Shown: positions 27,884 to 40,247 of the stretch, piece after piece | Position numbering within the stretch: the stretch's first letter is position 1 | Layout of the letters: every line of letters begins with the position of its first letter | Assembly (NCBI GenBank): GCA_000320545.1 | Contig: ADNK01002557.1 | Coordinates: forward strand, 1 to 53,300 | Direction: 5' to 3' | Length of the DNA stretch: 53,300 bases | Source: Bigelowiella natans CCMP2755 | Taxonomy: Eukaryota > Protista > Cercozoa | Position numbers and translations under genes: made by a program | The notes under the pieces: generated by a model | Told to the model about the DNA's origin: nothing | Database searches by the model: none | What the model saw: the letters and a program-made list of their open reading frames with translations, nothing else

Positions 27884-28928
27884 ATGGAGCAGAAGAGAAA
27901 CTCCAAAAATTTACCTGATGAAGGCACGCCCCTTGTCGGGAGAAAGGCAGATGAGTCATATAAATGCAAGGTGGGCATGTACTAAATGAATTGTGTTGGA
28001 ATATCATTGATTAAGTTACGTATTCGTAAGGCCGTAACACTTTTGCTAATGGGCGGTCTCGGTGTCACCGTTGTGCTCGTGGCTGCCTTCTTGGCCATAG
28101 ATCTGCAAAGACGTGAAGCTTCCCAAACAGTTCAACACTCAATGCATTCGGTAGCTAAGTTGAGATGTAATTGTAAGAAAAACATACAATTAGAAGTAGT
28201 TTTAATGTTAATTCATTTGAGATGTAACATCAAGATTCACATTCGAGGTTGAATTGGTGATAATACCCTAATACCTTTTGAAATGTTGTCTATCTGTCCG
28301 TTCCCAGGCTTCAACGTTTACTGAATCACCTGGAATGGTAATAATTGAAAAACGAGGGATATATGATTGATTTACCGCCACTACTATGATGACAATCGAA
28401 TCTGCAATAATCCATCTGATACGGTTTTGGTATCAACAGCCGCCCTATCTCCAAGCGTTTACTCGGAACAAAGCATCAGCTCCTAAGAGCTCTCTTTGGG
28501 GTTAAGAAGCGAGTTCAAATTGCAAAATATATACCACCACCACCACCACCACCACCATCGATGATACTAGTACTTTTGTACCTTACCATTACGAAAATTC
28601 GTGATCATCGATACAATCATCACCACTTTGTTGCAGGTGACATAAAGAGGCCGTATCCTACTCACGCTTTTTGGGAAAACTTTGTCCTTGGTGGTGCCAA
28701 CAATCTAGCTTATTACATTATGAAGTTTTCCTTGGGAGAGACAGACATCCATCATTTAACACCATTCACACAAGTTTATTGTTTTATGGAATTTACGTTC
28801 TCTTCCCACCATTTCCTTTGTACAACTTGCCAAGGAGCCATTGTTGATATATACATGTGGTATACTATAATAATCAGGTACCGGTGTGGATGGCAACAAT
28901 GTTGTTACAACCCTCCCTTATCTTGCAC

Positions 28929-28969
<41 letters not shown>

Positions 28970-28997
28970 GTTGTTACAACCCTCCCTTATCTTGCAC

Positions 28998-29033
<36 letters not shown>

Positions 29034-29168
29034 ACTGTTGCCTACACTCCTTGTTTTTGTACTTGTAGCTACTTTGTATACATGAGAGGATGATGAGATT
29101 CCCCGAGTTGATGATGATACTGCCTTATTTGCAGCAGCTACCTATCCCCACTAAATAAATAATATGGT

Positions 29169-29203
<35 letters not shown>

Positions 29204-29529
29204 GATCTATATATCGTCATCTACAGGCTACTGGATCTTCCCTTGACTTGTTTTATCCGTATACGAGCATGGTGACAGAGACACAATTTCAACTAGGTTT
29301 TGACCAGGTACTACTACTACTACTAGTTTCTCTATTGCAGTTATTATGAGTATAGGAGGAGGAGGCGGAAAAGATGATAATAATAACATTTTGATTCACA
29401 ATTGAGGAGTTTGAATGATTAGAGCTCTACTCAATCGATTGATAAACTGTTAGGTTGTGGGGAGATTATCTGTTGGTGTGTACAGTGGGGAGGATGGAGG
29501 TCACGTTGTCGACTCCTTTTCAGATTTAG

Positions 29530-29567
<38 letters not shown>

Positions 29568-30608
29568 GGCGATAACATTCATAATAACGATGAAAAACAG
29601 CAATACCAGAAGTTATACGGTAGTGTATATTGCGTGTGTGTGTGTGTGTGTGTGTATAGAATTAGTGAATCGAATCGACACTATGATCGTGGTTGCTGCA
29701 GTACCAAACGCAAATATATATTATTAGTTTGTACTGTGCATTGTCTCCACATTATCATTGTGCACCTCCCTCCCTCCCTTATTGGTATAGTACATTTAAA
29801 TAAACAAAAAGACTACTACTTAGTGTTAGATTGGTACGTTATTAGGCTGCTCTTAATGTATGAGTAGAAACTTTCAGTCATGGTAAAAATATGATTTATT
29901 TTCTCATTTATTATTTATTAAGGAGTATCCCTCAAGTTTGATATGGGTGATGATGGAGTTATGAAGGTTGTAGATATATCCATCCCTAACATCATCATCA
30001 TGATGTGATGATGATGATGACGATGATGAAAATTATGTCTACCCTGCCCCATTGCATACTACCAAACACCAGAGAGAGGTGGTGTTCCTTCTCTTTTCCT
30101 AACTTGTTTCCAACAGCTCCTTCCCTTCTGCATGAAAATTAGATTTTCGTGCTTTCATCACCCCTTTTCTCTATCGGACTACTAATGAGATTAATTGATA
30201 TATTATTGTTTTATTTCTTCTTCTTCTTCCTTTTTCAGAGTCACGTAGTGCAAGGATCACCTTATGTCTCATACGAATACGATCAAGTATAATCATCACC
30301 ATCATCACCATCATCGTTATTACCACTATCATACGAATACGATAAGTACCATCATGATGATCATGATCATGATCATCATCATCCTGAAACAATCAGAGTA
30401 CCCCCTTGATCACAAGTTCTCAAATTCTACGGCGTTTAATGGTAAACAACGAAGCTGTGGTTTGTGATGGAAGTCCTATCAAGGTTGTAGTAGTAGTAGT
30501 AAATGGCTTGTGATGGAAGTCCTATCAAGGTTGTAGTAGTAGTAGTAAATGTAGTACCAGGGCATTACTATTATTCTCTCTTCTTTCTATCTGTGTATTT
30601 CGTGGGAT

Positions 30609-30646
<38 letters not shown>

Positions 30647-31096
30647 ATCGTGCTGCTGCTGCTACTACAATTTACCACACAAATGATGATTCATTGATGC
30701 CAACTTACTCCTTATATCTACAGGGCGAGATATTTGAATTTTCTTTACTACAATTTGATGAGGTAATAGGTCATAATTGGTAGGTAGGCACTTTTACTAC
30801 TACTACTACTACTACTACTCCAGGCAAAAAGAAGCAGTGTGATTGTATTAGCAGTAGTAGCAGTAACAATAATAACTAGTAGTAGAGAGATCTAATAACA
30901 ATCTCGGGTTATGTTTGTATGCGCGTGTGTGTATATGTTCTTAATCAAATAACAGCGGATAAACCACAGAAAAGCTGCTGTATGTATGTATGTATGTATG
31001 TTTGTTTGTATGTATGAAGAACAGGCTGCTTGTCGTCGTCACTCTTTTAAAATAAGTTTATAATATTAATCTACCATCGCCACGGGTGTATGTTAA

Positions 31097-31134
<38 letters not shown>

Positions 31135-31334
31135 GTATAATTGCGTAGTACAAAGGTTAATCAATTATCATAGCTTATCGACTTGACCCTCTTCACCTTC
31201 TTCTTCTTCTTCTTCTTTTCTTCTTTTTCTACTACTGCTACTTGCTACCACAAAGACTTGGCGTGTTTATGCTTACCCTGCTATATCCTTAACTTGTACG
31301 GCTTCAAATCCTCCAATGGCACTAATGGTAAGTT

Positions 31335-31368
<34 letters not shown>

Positions 31369-32222
31369 AAGTAGTAGTAGGCTTGTGATGATGAGAATGA
31401 CGAAGAAGAAGGTGATGATGATGATGATGATGATGATGGCGATAACTCCGTATTTGATGAATTGATAATTCATTATTATTTGCCATTGGTCTCAATAGTT
31501 TGTTTGCTTGTTGTTACAATGCTTGGTGCTATATATAATGCTGCTATCGCGAGAATGTTGTTGTTAGAATGTAGTAAACTTATCAATATTATTATTATTA
31601 GTAGTAGTATTATTCTTACTATCTCAATTGTTTACCAAAATTCCTTTCTTCTCTTCTTCTTCTTTCTCCCCCCCCCTCCCCCTTAGGGAAGCGAGTCATA
31701 CACTGGAACACTTAGAGTCGCCCTTTCAAACAACTGCACATATGGCCAGAATACGCATCACTGCCAAGGAGTAAATTGCTATTGATAGTGATGATCATGA
31801 TGATGATGATGATGAAGAAGAAGAAGAAGAAGAAGAATGGATGCTAGGATGTACTAGAATACTATTTCTCGCTTGAATGAGAATAATAATAATCATCATC
31901 ATCATGGGATGGACTAGAATACTATTTCTCGGTTGAATGAGAATAATAATAATCATCATCATGAGATGTACTAGAATAGTATTTCTCGGTTGAATGAGAA
32001 CAATCATCATCATCATGATACACTATGATCAGGATGGGCATGGGGGTTACGTGGCATCCCACCCTAAAGGCTATGGAGGGTTGCTAAATAAACACGCATC
32101 TGCTATGGTAACTGCTGCTTATTCAATGACGAGTAAAAGATAGAACAAGAATAAGAACATCATTTAACCAAGTGCATCATCATACTTCTCAATATAATGA
32201 TTAGTATATGTGACAACAGAAA

Positions 32223-32260
<38 letters not shown>

Positions 32261-32758
32261 AAATAATTAGTTCTAGCTACCTAGCTAAGTCTCTCTTCTA
32301 TCTGTATTTTACTCTAACAACGAAAGCACACACACAACCCTGCTGAATAATTAAACAACCACAAAAGGAATATCTAAACACTCAGACCTCTTCACCCGTT
32401 CAATATGAATTGTAATATCTACTTGGGATTAAAAGAGTCTCCATCATCATAGTGTTATTTGATAGACCTTTTATTATCGTTTGACTTTTTAGCATGAGCA
32501 TCACGTATCTTCTTTTAATAGTCACCGTAGGTCTATCCTATCATATCTATCTATCCTTTATCTATCATCTCATATATCTATTTGTCTTTTATCTATCTAC
32601 GTCTAACTATGTTCTATGTCTCTTTCTATACTAACTAGTGATAGAAATAACCATCTGCCTACAATAGATTGTCTAACTAGATTAATCCAAATGAAACTCC
32701 AATAGCAAGTATCTCCATCATGCATGTTGCATGTACCCCCCTCTGCATATATATTTTC

Positions 32759-32798
<40 letters not shown>

Positions 32799-32929
32799 TG
32801 TGTGTGTGTGTTTGTGTGTGTGCTGTAGGTATACGGGGGAGATGTTCAATATGATTTCTCCAAAGGAAGCTCTGCGGCACTGAATTTTAAATGGAAAGTC
32901 AAGGTGATGAATATCTTCTGAAAACATCA

Positions 32930-32967
<38 letters not shown>

Positions 32968-33568
32968 ACAACTCTGACTATGATTTGCAAACAGCAACTT
33001 AATAGTTTAAATGGTGGTGCTGAGGTAGTATCACCTTTAATGCTAACGATGCCTCATCAAAGGTAATAATACTTTCTATATGTTATAACACACTGCTGTC
33101 TGTAAAGGACAACATTTGTAGGATAGCTTACAAATAACTACCAAAATTTTGTTATTGTTATGTTGTTATTATTACTTGTGAGAAGATGATATATATGACT
33201 TGTTACTGGTTAATAATCTACAGAGATGTATTGGATTCTACATTCAATGGGGTAATAGTAGTAGTAGTAGTAATATTAATAATAATTACGATAATGATAA
33301 TAATGAGAAGAAGAAGTGTGGTAAATAGTAATGTAGGTGGAGAGTATTTGTTTGGTGTCTCTTACTACTACTACTATAACTACAACTACTCTAACTACCT
33401 CAATAACCTTTGATTCCACTCATTATTGGTTGTTATTTGTTATTTGTTATTTGTTATTGTTGTTGTTGTTGTTGTTGTTGTGTACACGTCCAGGCCGTTG
33501 GAAATAATGCTGCTATCCACAAGAGCATCCATGGCACTCAAGTAGTATTATGATATTATTATGTGATA

Positions 33569-33599
<31 letters not shown>

Positions 33600-33722
33600 C
33601 GAGGACGATGGTAAGACTATTTCTATACTCTTCATGTACAACTGTAGTAAGTTAATGACGATGATAGGACTATTTCTATACTCTTCATGTACAACTGTAG
33701 TAAGTTGCAGTACTACTTGTCT

Positions 33723-33765
<43 letters not shown>

Positions 33766-33806
33766 ATCAATACAACTACAAGTGATGTTCTCCATTACTT
33801 CTACTA

Positions 33807-33839
<33 letters not shown>

Positions 33840-34042
33840 GCTACAACTTTTAAACTACTACCTGTGCTATTTGTGGTTGTGGTTGTTGTTGTTGTTGTTT
33901 GTGGTTGATGGAAATCGTTGTTGTTGTTGTTGTTGTTTTATTATCATTAGCAATTAGCCGTCGGGGATGTTTGGCCAATGATTATAGATCTACCAGATAT
34001 AGCATGGCACGCTCCAAGAAAAGTAGTAGTAGTAGTAGTAAT

Positions 34043-34079
<37 letters not shown>

Positions 34080-34577
34080 TCCAAGGGAATGGCAATTGTG
34101 AGAGTCATGACTTATTATAAATAATATGCTTCCTCCTTAATAATACTCTATTCTTCGTTAGGTGTTAGATGCTAGTATGTTACAAGCAATAAAAGAGGCA
34201 GTGATAACAGATCTTAAGTGGGAACTACCATGGAACTATCAGGTTATAAATGATGATGATGATGATGATGCTGATGATGATGGATTAATGCAGTGTTGAC
34301 ATATTATCATCGTATAGACTGGCACAGGGGACCCTTATAATGCAGGGAAAATGCTTGCGAAGATGGCCAATATAGCGCTTGTTGGCGAAGTAAGAAGAAG
34401 AATAAGAATAAGAAGCAGTAGGTTTGGGGGAAGGGGGTTAAACAACAAGTAATCACACATTTATCCTATCAATATAGAAGGATAATCGTTGGTGGCACAT
34501 AACAACAACAAAGCATTAACATGAAAAAGAGTACTGCTCTCTTCATCAATATACATAAAATAGGTAGCAGTTGTAGC

Positions 34578-34614
<37 letters not shown>

Positions 34615-34641
34615 TAGGGTGCAGGATGGTGATATTTGTAT

Positions 34642-34674
<33 letters not shown>

Positions 34675-36318
34675 TATCATTATCATTATCATTATCATTA
34701 TCATCAGGCTGTTGGAATCCCTCTTAAAAAGATGACTAGATTTTTGGATGGTCTAGCGTCTGGATTAGAATATTGGTAAGTCAATGCTCAGTATTCAGTA
34801 GTGATGATCAATCACCACTAATACTGTTATCACCCCCTTACTGCTATTATATTGTTGTTGGGTTATAGTGCTGCTGATAATGAGATATTGCACTTTTTTC
34901 CTTTTCTGTTTTTTGTTGTTGTTGTTGCTCCTACTCCTCTTCTTTTGTTTGTTTGTTGGGGTGGGGGGCAATAAATAAGGATAAATGGCACGTCAAGGAA
35001 CACGTTGGTAAGCATGATAACAATAATAATAATAATAAGAAGAAGAAGACTGACACTCTTGGGAGGTAAAGTAGTTTGAGGAGGAGGAGGAGGATACAAT
35101 AATGATGATGATAATGATAATGATGATGATGATGAGAAAAACAGGATTGATTCTTATTATTGATTGAGAACTCTTTAGTCTCGTTCTTCTTTCTTCATCA
35201 ACCATTAATTTATTTATCCACCCACAGGTGTACGATGAATCGTGGGGAGGAGTCGTATCATGCGGTTGCAAGTATGTGTATGCGTTGTAGTAGTGTTTGA
35301 TGATGGGGAGAGAGGAGAAAGATTATAATAACTCTCTCTAGTACCACCATCCATTCACCCATATGATTCAGCTTCATCATAATATTAGGTATGCATATCC
35401 ACCACCTCGATGTCTTAACTCTGGACCTCCTAATGACTGTCCTGCACTTAACGGAGATCCCGTTGGAAATGGTTTTGATTTTGGAAATGGAGCTTACAAC
35501 GACCATCATTTTCACTATGGATATCTTACATATGCTGCGGTACTACTACATTTGAGTAGCATCATCATCATTACTATCATACATTTGTTGATTCATAAAA
35601 CCTCTCCTTCTCCTCCTCCTACTCCTACTCACTTTTGATCATCATCATTAATAATATCACACAAATATAATAACTAATATTAATAATAGGCTGGGTTGGC
35701 TCATTTTCGACCTTCATGGTCATCAAAGTGGGGTCCAGCGGTCTTGAGCTTGGTGAGAGATATTGCTAATCCAAACGGCAATGATAAGTACTTTCCTAAG
35801 TTTAGACATATGGATTGGTATGCAGGTATTATAATACTACATATAAATCATAAGAAGACTATTATCATCTTTCATAATATACGGTATGATCATCATCATC
35901 AGCATTCTCATCATTATCATCATCATCATCATCATCATCATCCATTCCGATTTTGTCAATATTACTTAAAATCATTAACAAATAATACTGATAATACAGC
36001 TAATTGTTTGTCCTGTATTCCCTATTACTACTCTTCTTCTTCTTCTTCTTCTTCTTCTTGTTCTTCTTCTTGTTCTTCTTCTTCTTCTTACGTATTATCC
36101 AACCCTTTGTTGTTGTAGGCCATAGCTGGGCGGGAGGGGTAGCCATGGCTTATTTGAATGGTAGGAATCAAGAATCCGTATCAGAGGCATTTAACGCTTG
36201 GTATGGAGTTTCATTGTGGGGAAGGGCTATTGGGGATAACAAGATCAGAGATACAGGTAGTAGTAATGCGTATTGCTATTAGTAGTAGTAGTGTCCAGTA
36301 CTACTCTGTTTGAATGTC

Positions 36319-36352
<34 letters not shown>

Positions 36353-36764
36353 TTATCAAACAGGGCGGTTGTTAGCTGCGATCGAAGCAAGAGGTCATTG
36401 TATAATAATATGTTATTTCATTCGTTCAAGAATAACCGATATCTCATGACGATGTGTTTCTTCTTCTTCTTCTTTTCTGCTAATTATTCATATTATAATT
36501 ATGATGACCGTCATTGATATTAACATTATTGTTTTTCTTCTTATTTCTGGATCATCATCGAGTAGGAGCGCACACGTATTGGCAAATACCTTCAATACCA
36601 AACGATATATATCCTACCACTTTTGCAAAACATCATACAGCTGGTATTAGATGATGATGATGATGATGATGATAATAATGATAATGATGATAAGTATTAT
36701 TATTAAGCTTAGTGTAGTAGTAGTAGTAGTAGAAATAATAGGAGTAGCAGTTGATTGTTAAATA

Positions 36765-36799
<35 letters not shown>

Positions 36800-37294
36800 T
36801 AGTGGTAGTTGATTGTTCTGTTATATTTATTATCATTACTATGTACAATGCTCATCTTGATGATGATGATATGATGGTAGGTATCATCTGGTCTAATTTG
36901 ATTCAATATCAAACATGGTTTGGAATGCTGCAATGGGAGGTGAGTAGTAGTAGTAGCATATATATCCGGAGGACCTTCTTTTGGACGTCGTTTCACTACC
37001 TAATCATCATTTCCTATTATCATTATTATTATTATTATCATTATTATTTGTGCAACAATACGTATTTGTACTACTTGTTATAGGTACAAGGAATTCAAAC
37101 CTTGCCTGTGACACCTGCTTCGGAGCTCCTTCTTAACGCATCATGGACAAGGGTAGTAGTAGTAGTATTATTAGTTGTTGATGTTATTATTTTAGCACAT
37201 AGTAGTAGCATTGAATGGAACATGGCAGTTATATTCACGTATCGATTAATCACCATGTATGTGTTTTTTCTATTAGCTGCTAAACAAACAAACA

Positions 37295-37325
<31 letters not shown>

Positions 37326-37821
37326 CTTTTTACCTATAATCATCATCATCATCATCATCACCACCAGGTTGCTGCAGAGACGTTCGAATCAACGTGCTCT
37401 GGTACGTGCAATACCGATGGATGGATCACTTTCTTGTGCATGCTTAAGGTACTAACAACTACAATACTGCCATTCATTCATTCACCCGTTATTTATTTGT
37501 TTTTGGAGATGATTTTACATAGGCAATTTTAATGCAACAAAACAATTGAAATAACAAAATAATTGAAATATAAATTATTATTGTTAGGCTGTCAATAATA
37601 AGGAGGAAGGTTGGAAATGTGCAGAGAATCTTCCTTCTACTGTCTACAGTGGTCAAGCTGCTGGAGGTGCTTCCTAGGAAATAATAGTTTTTGTTGTTGT
37701 TGTTGTCTTAAAATGGTGATGCTGTAATGAATGCGGACTTACGTCCTATTATTACATCTTATATTTAGGAAACGGCAATTCAAGATCCAACACGTTGTAT
37801 TGGATAGCAACACGGCCATAA
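27884..37821 (+). CDS. Glycoside hydrolase family 81 endo-beta-1,3-glucanase with N-terminal membrane anchor, about 30 short exons
   Basis: Exons include [170 protein letters not shown] and GNGNSRSNTLYWIATRP*. The catalytic D (YND) and E..E (QESVSE) are present. Confidence 0.95.
31848..32017. repeat. Intronic minisatellite, 3 copies of a 54-60 bp unit
   Basis: Unit approximately GGATGTACTAGAATACTATTTCTCGSTTGAATGAGAATAATAATAATCATCATCATCATG, repeated three times in a GH81 intron. Confidence 0.9.
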
Positions 37822-37909
37822 ATTAAAAATATAGGCAATACATACAATAAATTCTCCATATTCTAATAGTTGGAGAAATAAATCTAGTATTTCAGTGAGG
37901 GAGAAACGA

Positions 37910-38770
37910 GTAATGCATGAGCTACATGTATGATCTCGAGTTTATTACAACATATATCAGCTCGATTTACATATTTATTTCATGGTTATAGAATTATGCA
38001 TGGCAGCACCCTATTGTTGGGCCCGAGCAGATGAGCATGTCATCATGCATGCAATTCTATCGTGATACCATGCACATAGTAGTAGGTGTGCGTTAATATG
38101 TGATTGTGGTGCAGTGGGCTGACGAGTAGTGTGGTACGCAAAGCAAGCGCTTTTGCTAGTTTGTCTGTTCTAACAATGTAATCACACGCACGTCGTCACA
38201 TTCATGAGAAATCGAATGAGAAAATGCCATTTACATCAAGCGCACGCACTGCTTGTCACCACCAACCATCGCACGTCATGATCGACGACGTCGCAGCACG
38301 CATGTGCATCACAGCATTTGTAAGATGAGGTAGTTGTGAAAGTGCCGTGGTTTCACACGGACATGTCTAGATCTACACCGAAATGTGCACGTGCACTACA
38401 CGTTTTTCTAGCTTTGCCGCTCTAGCGTCGTGCCCCATCGTAGCATCAACAATTAACCAGATCAAATACATGATGAGCAAAAGCTTTGACCTTTGCAAAA
38501 TGTTCATTACATTGCCATCTAGCTGTCATCATTGCAAATGTTTTTCATCTAGACGTAGCTAGCCATGATGTAGCTTAGCTGTGAGCGACTAATGTCTTTA
38601 CAGTTGACACTATGGCATTGCATGTACGCAATTGCACGCTATACACGACGCTTCATGTGCGTCTTCTACGTATGTGCATGCTCTAGATGCTGCATCAAGC
38701 AATGTTGTGGCACATGGGACGCAACAACAGACACAATTCATGCAACATGCATGGCATCCAGCACAAATTT
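37910..38770. other. RY/palindrome-rich intergenic block 5 (between convergent GH81 and RGS genes)
   Basis: CATGCATGCA, GTGCACGTGCAC, GCACGCATGTGCATC, CTAGACGTAGCTAG. Confidence 0.7.
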
Positions 38771-39052
38771 AAATTATGAATGATAAATCCATATCTTGTT
38801 ACATCGCTTGTCCAGTATCGTTGTCATCACAAGCACTCATCATTCTCACCGTTATCATCATTATCATTGCCATCTCATCTTAATCATTCCTCTTATTCCT
38901 TGTTCCAAGGTGTATTAGTTTTTCTCTATTATTGTCTACTACTGCTACTGCTACTACTGCTTTGATTTACTAATCCCAACAGGCTACTGAATTCAATCAC
39001 CTCTTTCTCGTACAATACTGCATCCTTCTCCCGTCGTTAAATCATATCTTGT

Positions 39053-39852
39053 TCAATCCTCCTTCTCCTCTGATATTATGCGACTAGAGTGATGGTTCTT
39101 CATCATTTCCACCATCGAGGACAGGAGAGGCGCAGCTGCTGTCGCGACCGCTCTCTCCTCCACTAGAAGGAAACGGATGTGATGAAACTGGTGATAATCA
39201 AGGAAAAAACGAGAAAATGATGATGATGATGATGATGACACACAAGAAGGCCATTTAACACTTAGGGATATCAGGGAACACGAGGAAGAGGTTTTATGAT
39301 TGTGTCGTCACTTTTTCCTTTTTTCCTATGAGATTTACCCTTTGGATCTTTGAATTGATTCATGTATATATGTGATATACATCATACAACAGGAGAGATA
39401 GAAGTGTGTATAAAACGAAGGTATAGGACATAGATATCATGCCGTAACTCGAAATAACATTAATAGCACTCCCAACGAACATTTCTATTTGGTCTACTAC
39501 TATTCTCATATTAATTGACATTATTTATTTTTACATGAAAGGTGTCTTCTTATTTTCTTCAAAATATGTTCCTTTCTTCGATTTACATCCACCCACTCAC
39601 TCCATCACACACCGTTGCAAGTCATCATCATTCTTGGCTGTGTTAACTTGTTGCTCCATAGCTTTTCTAGTGAATAATCTTTAAAATTAGCCGCTGCTGC
39701 GGTGTTCTGTCGCTTGAGCTCAAAATGATTTACTCGTTTCGAGCAGGAAGGACTACACGATGATTTTGTAATAATCGCTGTCGTAGTCTTTTTGTTACAA
39801 AGCTTTACACGTATGGGGGGGGGGCTGCTTGTGGCTGTGATGATGATGATGG

Positions 39853-39887
<35 letters not shown>

Positions 39888-40194
39888 GTGATGATGGTGA
39901 TGATGATGATGATGATGATGACAGCGAATTGAAATGACAACGACGAGGATGATGACGGCAATAGATAACAACAGACAACAAGAAGAATAACAACAACACC
40001 AAGAAGAAGAAGAAGAACAAGAAGAGGAAGAGAAAGAAAAGGGAAAAGCAGCTTGTGGTAAGAAGTTAGCAGTAGATGATGATGATCGTATCATTAAAGT
40101 TAGCAGTAGATGATGGTAATGATATCAGTTGTATTTGGTATTGTGATTGTCATACCGACAGTAGAATGAATAACATGAATGAATGAATAGCATC

Positions 40195-40247
<53 letters not shown>

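Noticed and set aside
31848-32017. Three spaced repeats resembling a CRISPR array
   Set aside because: The units are contiguous with no unique spacers, there are no cas genes, and the site is a eukaryotic intron.
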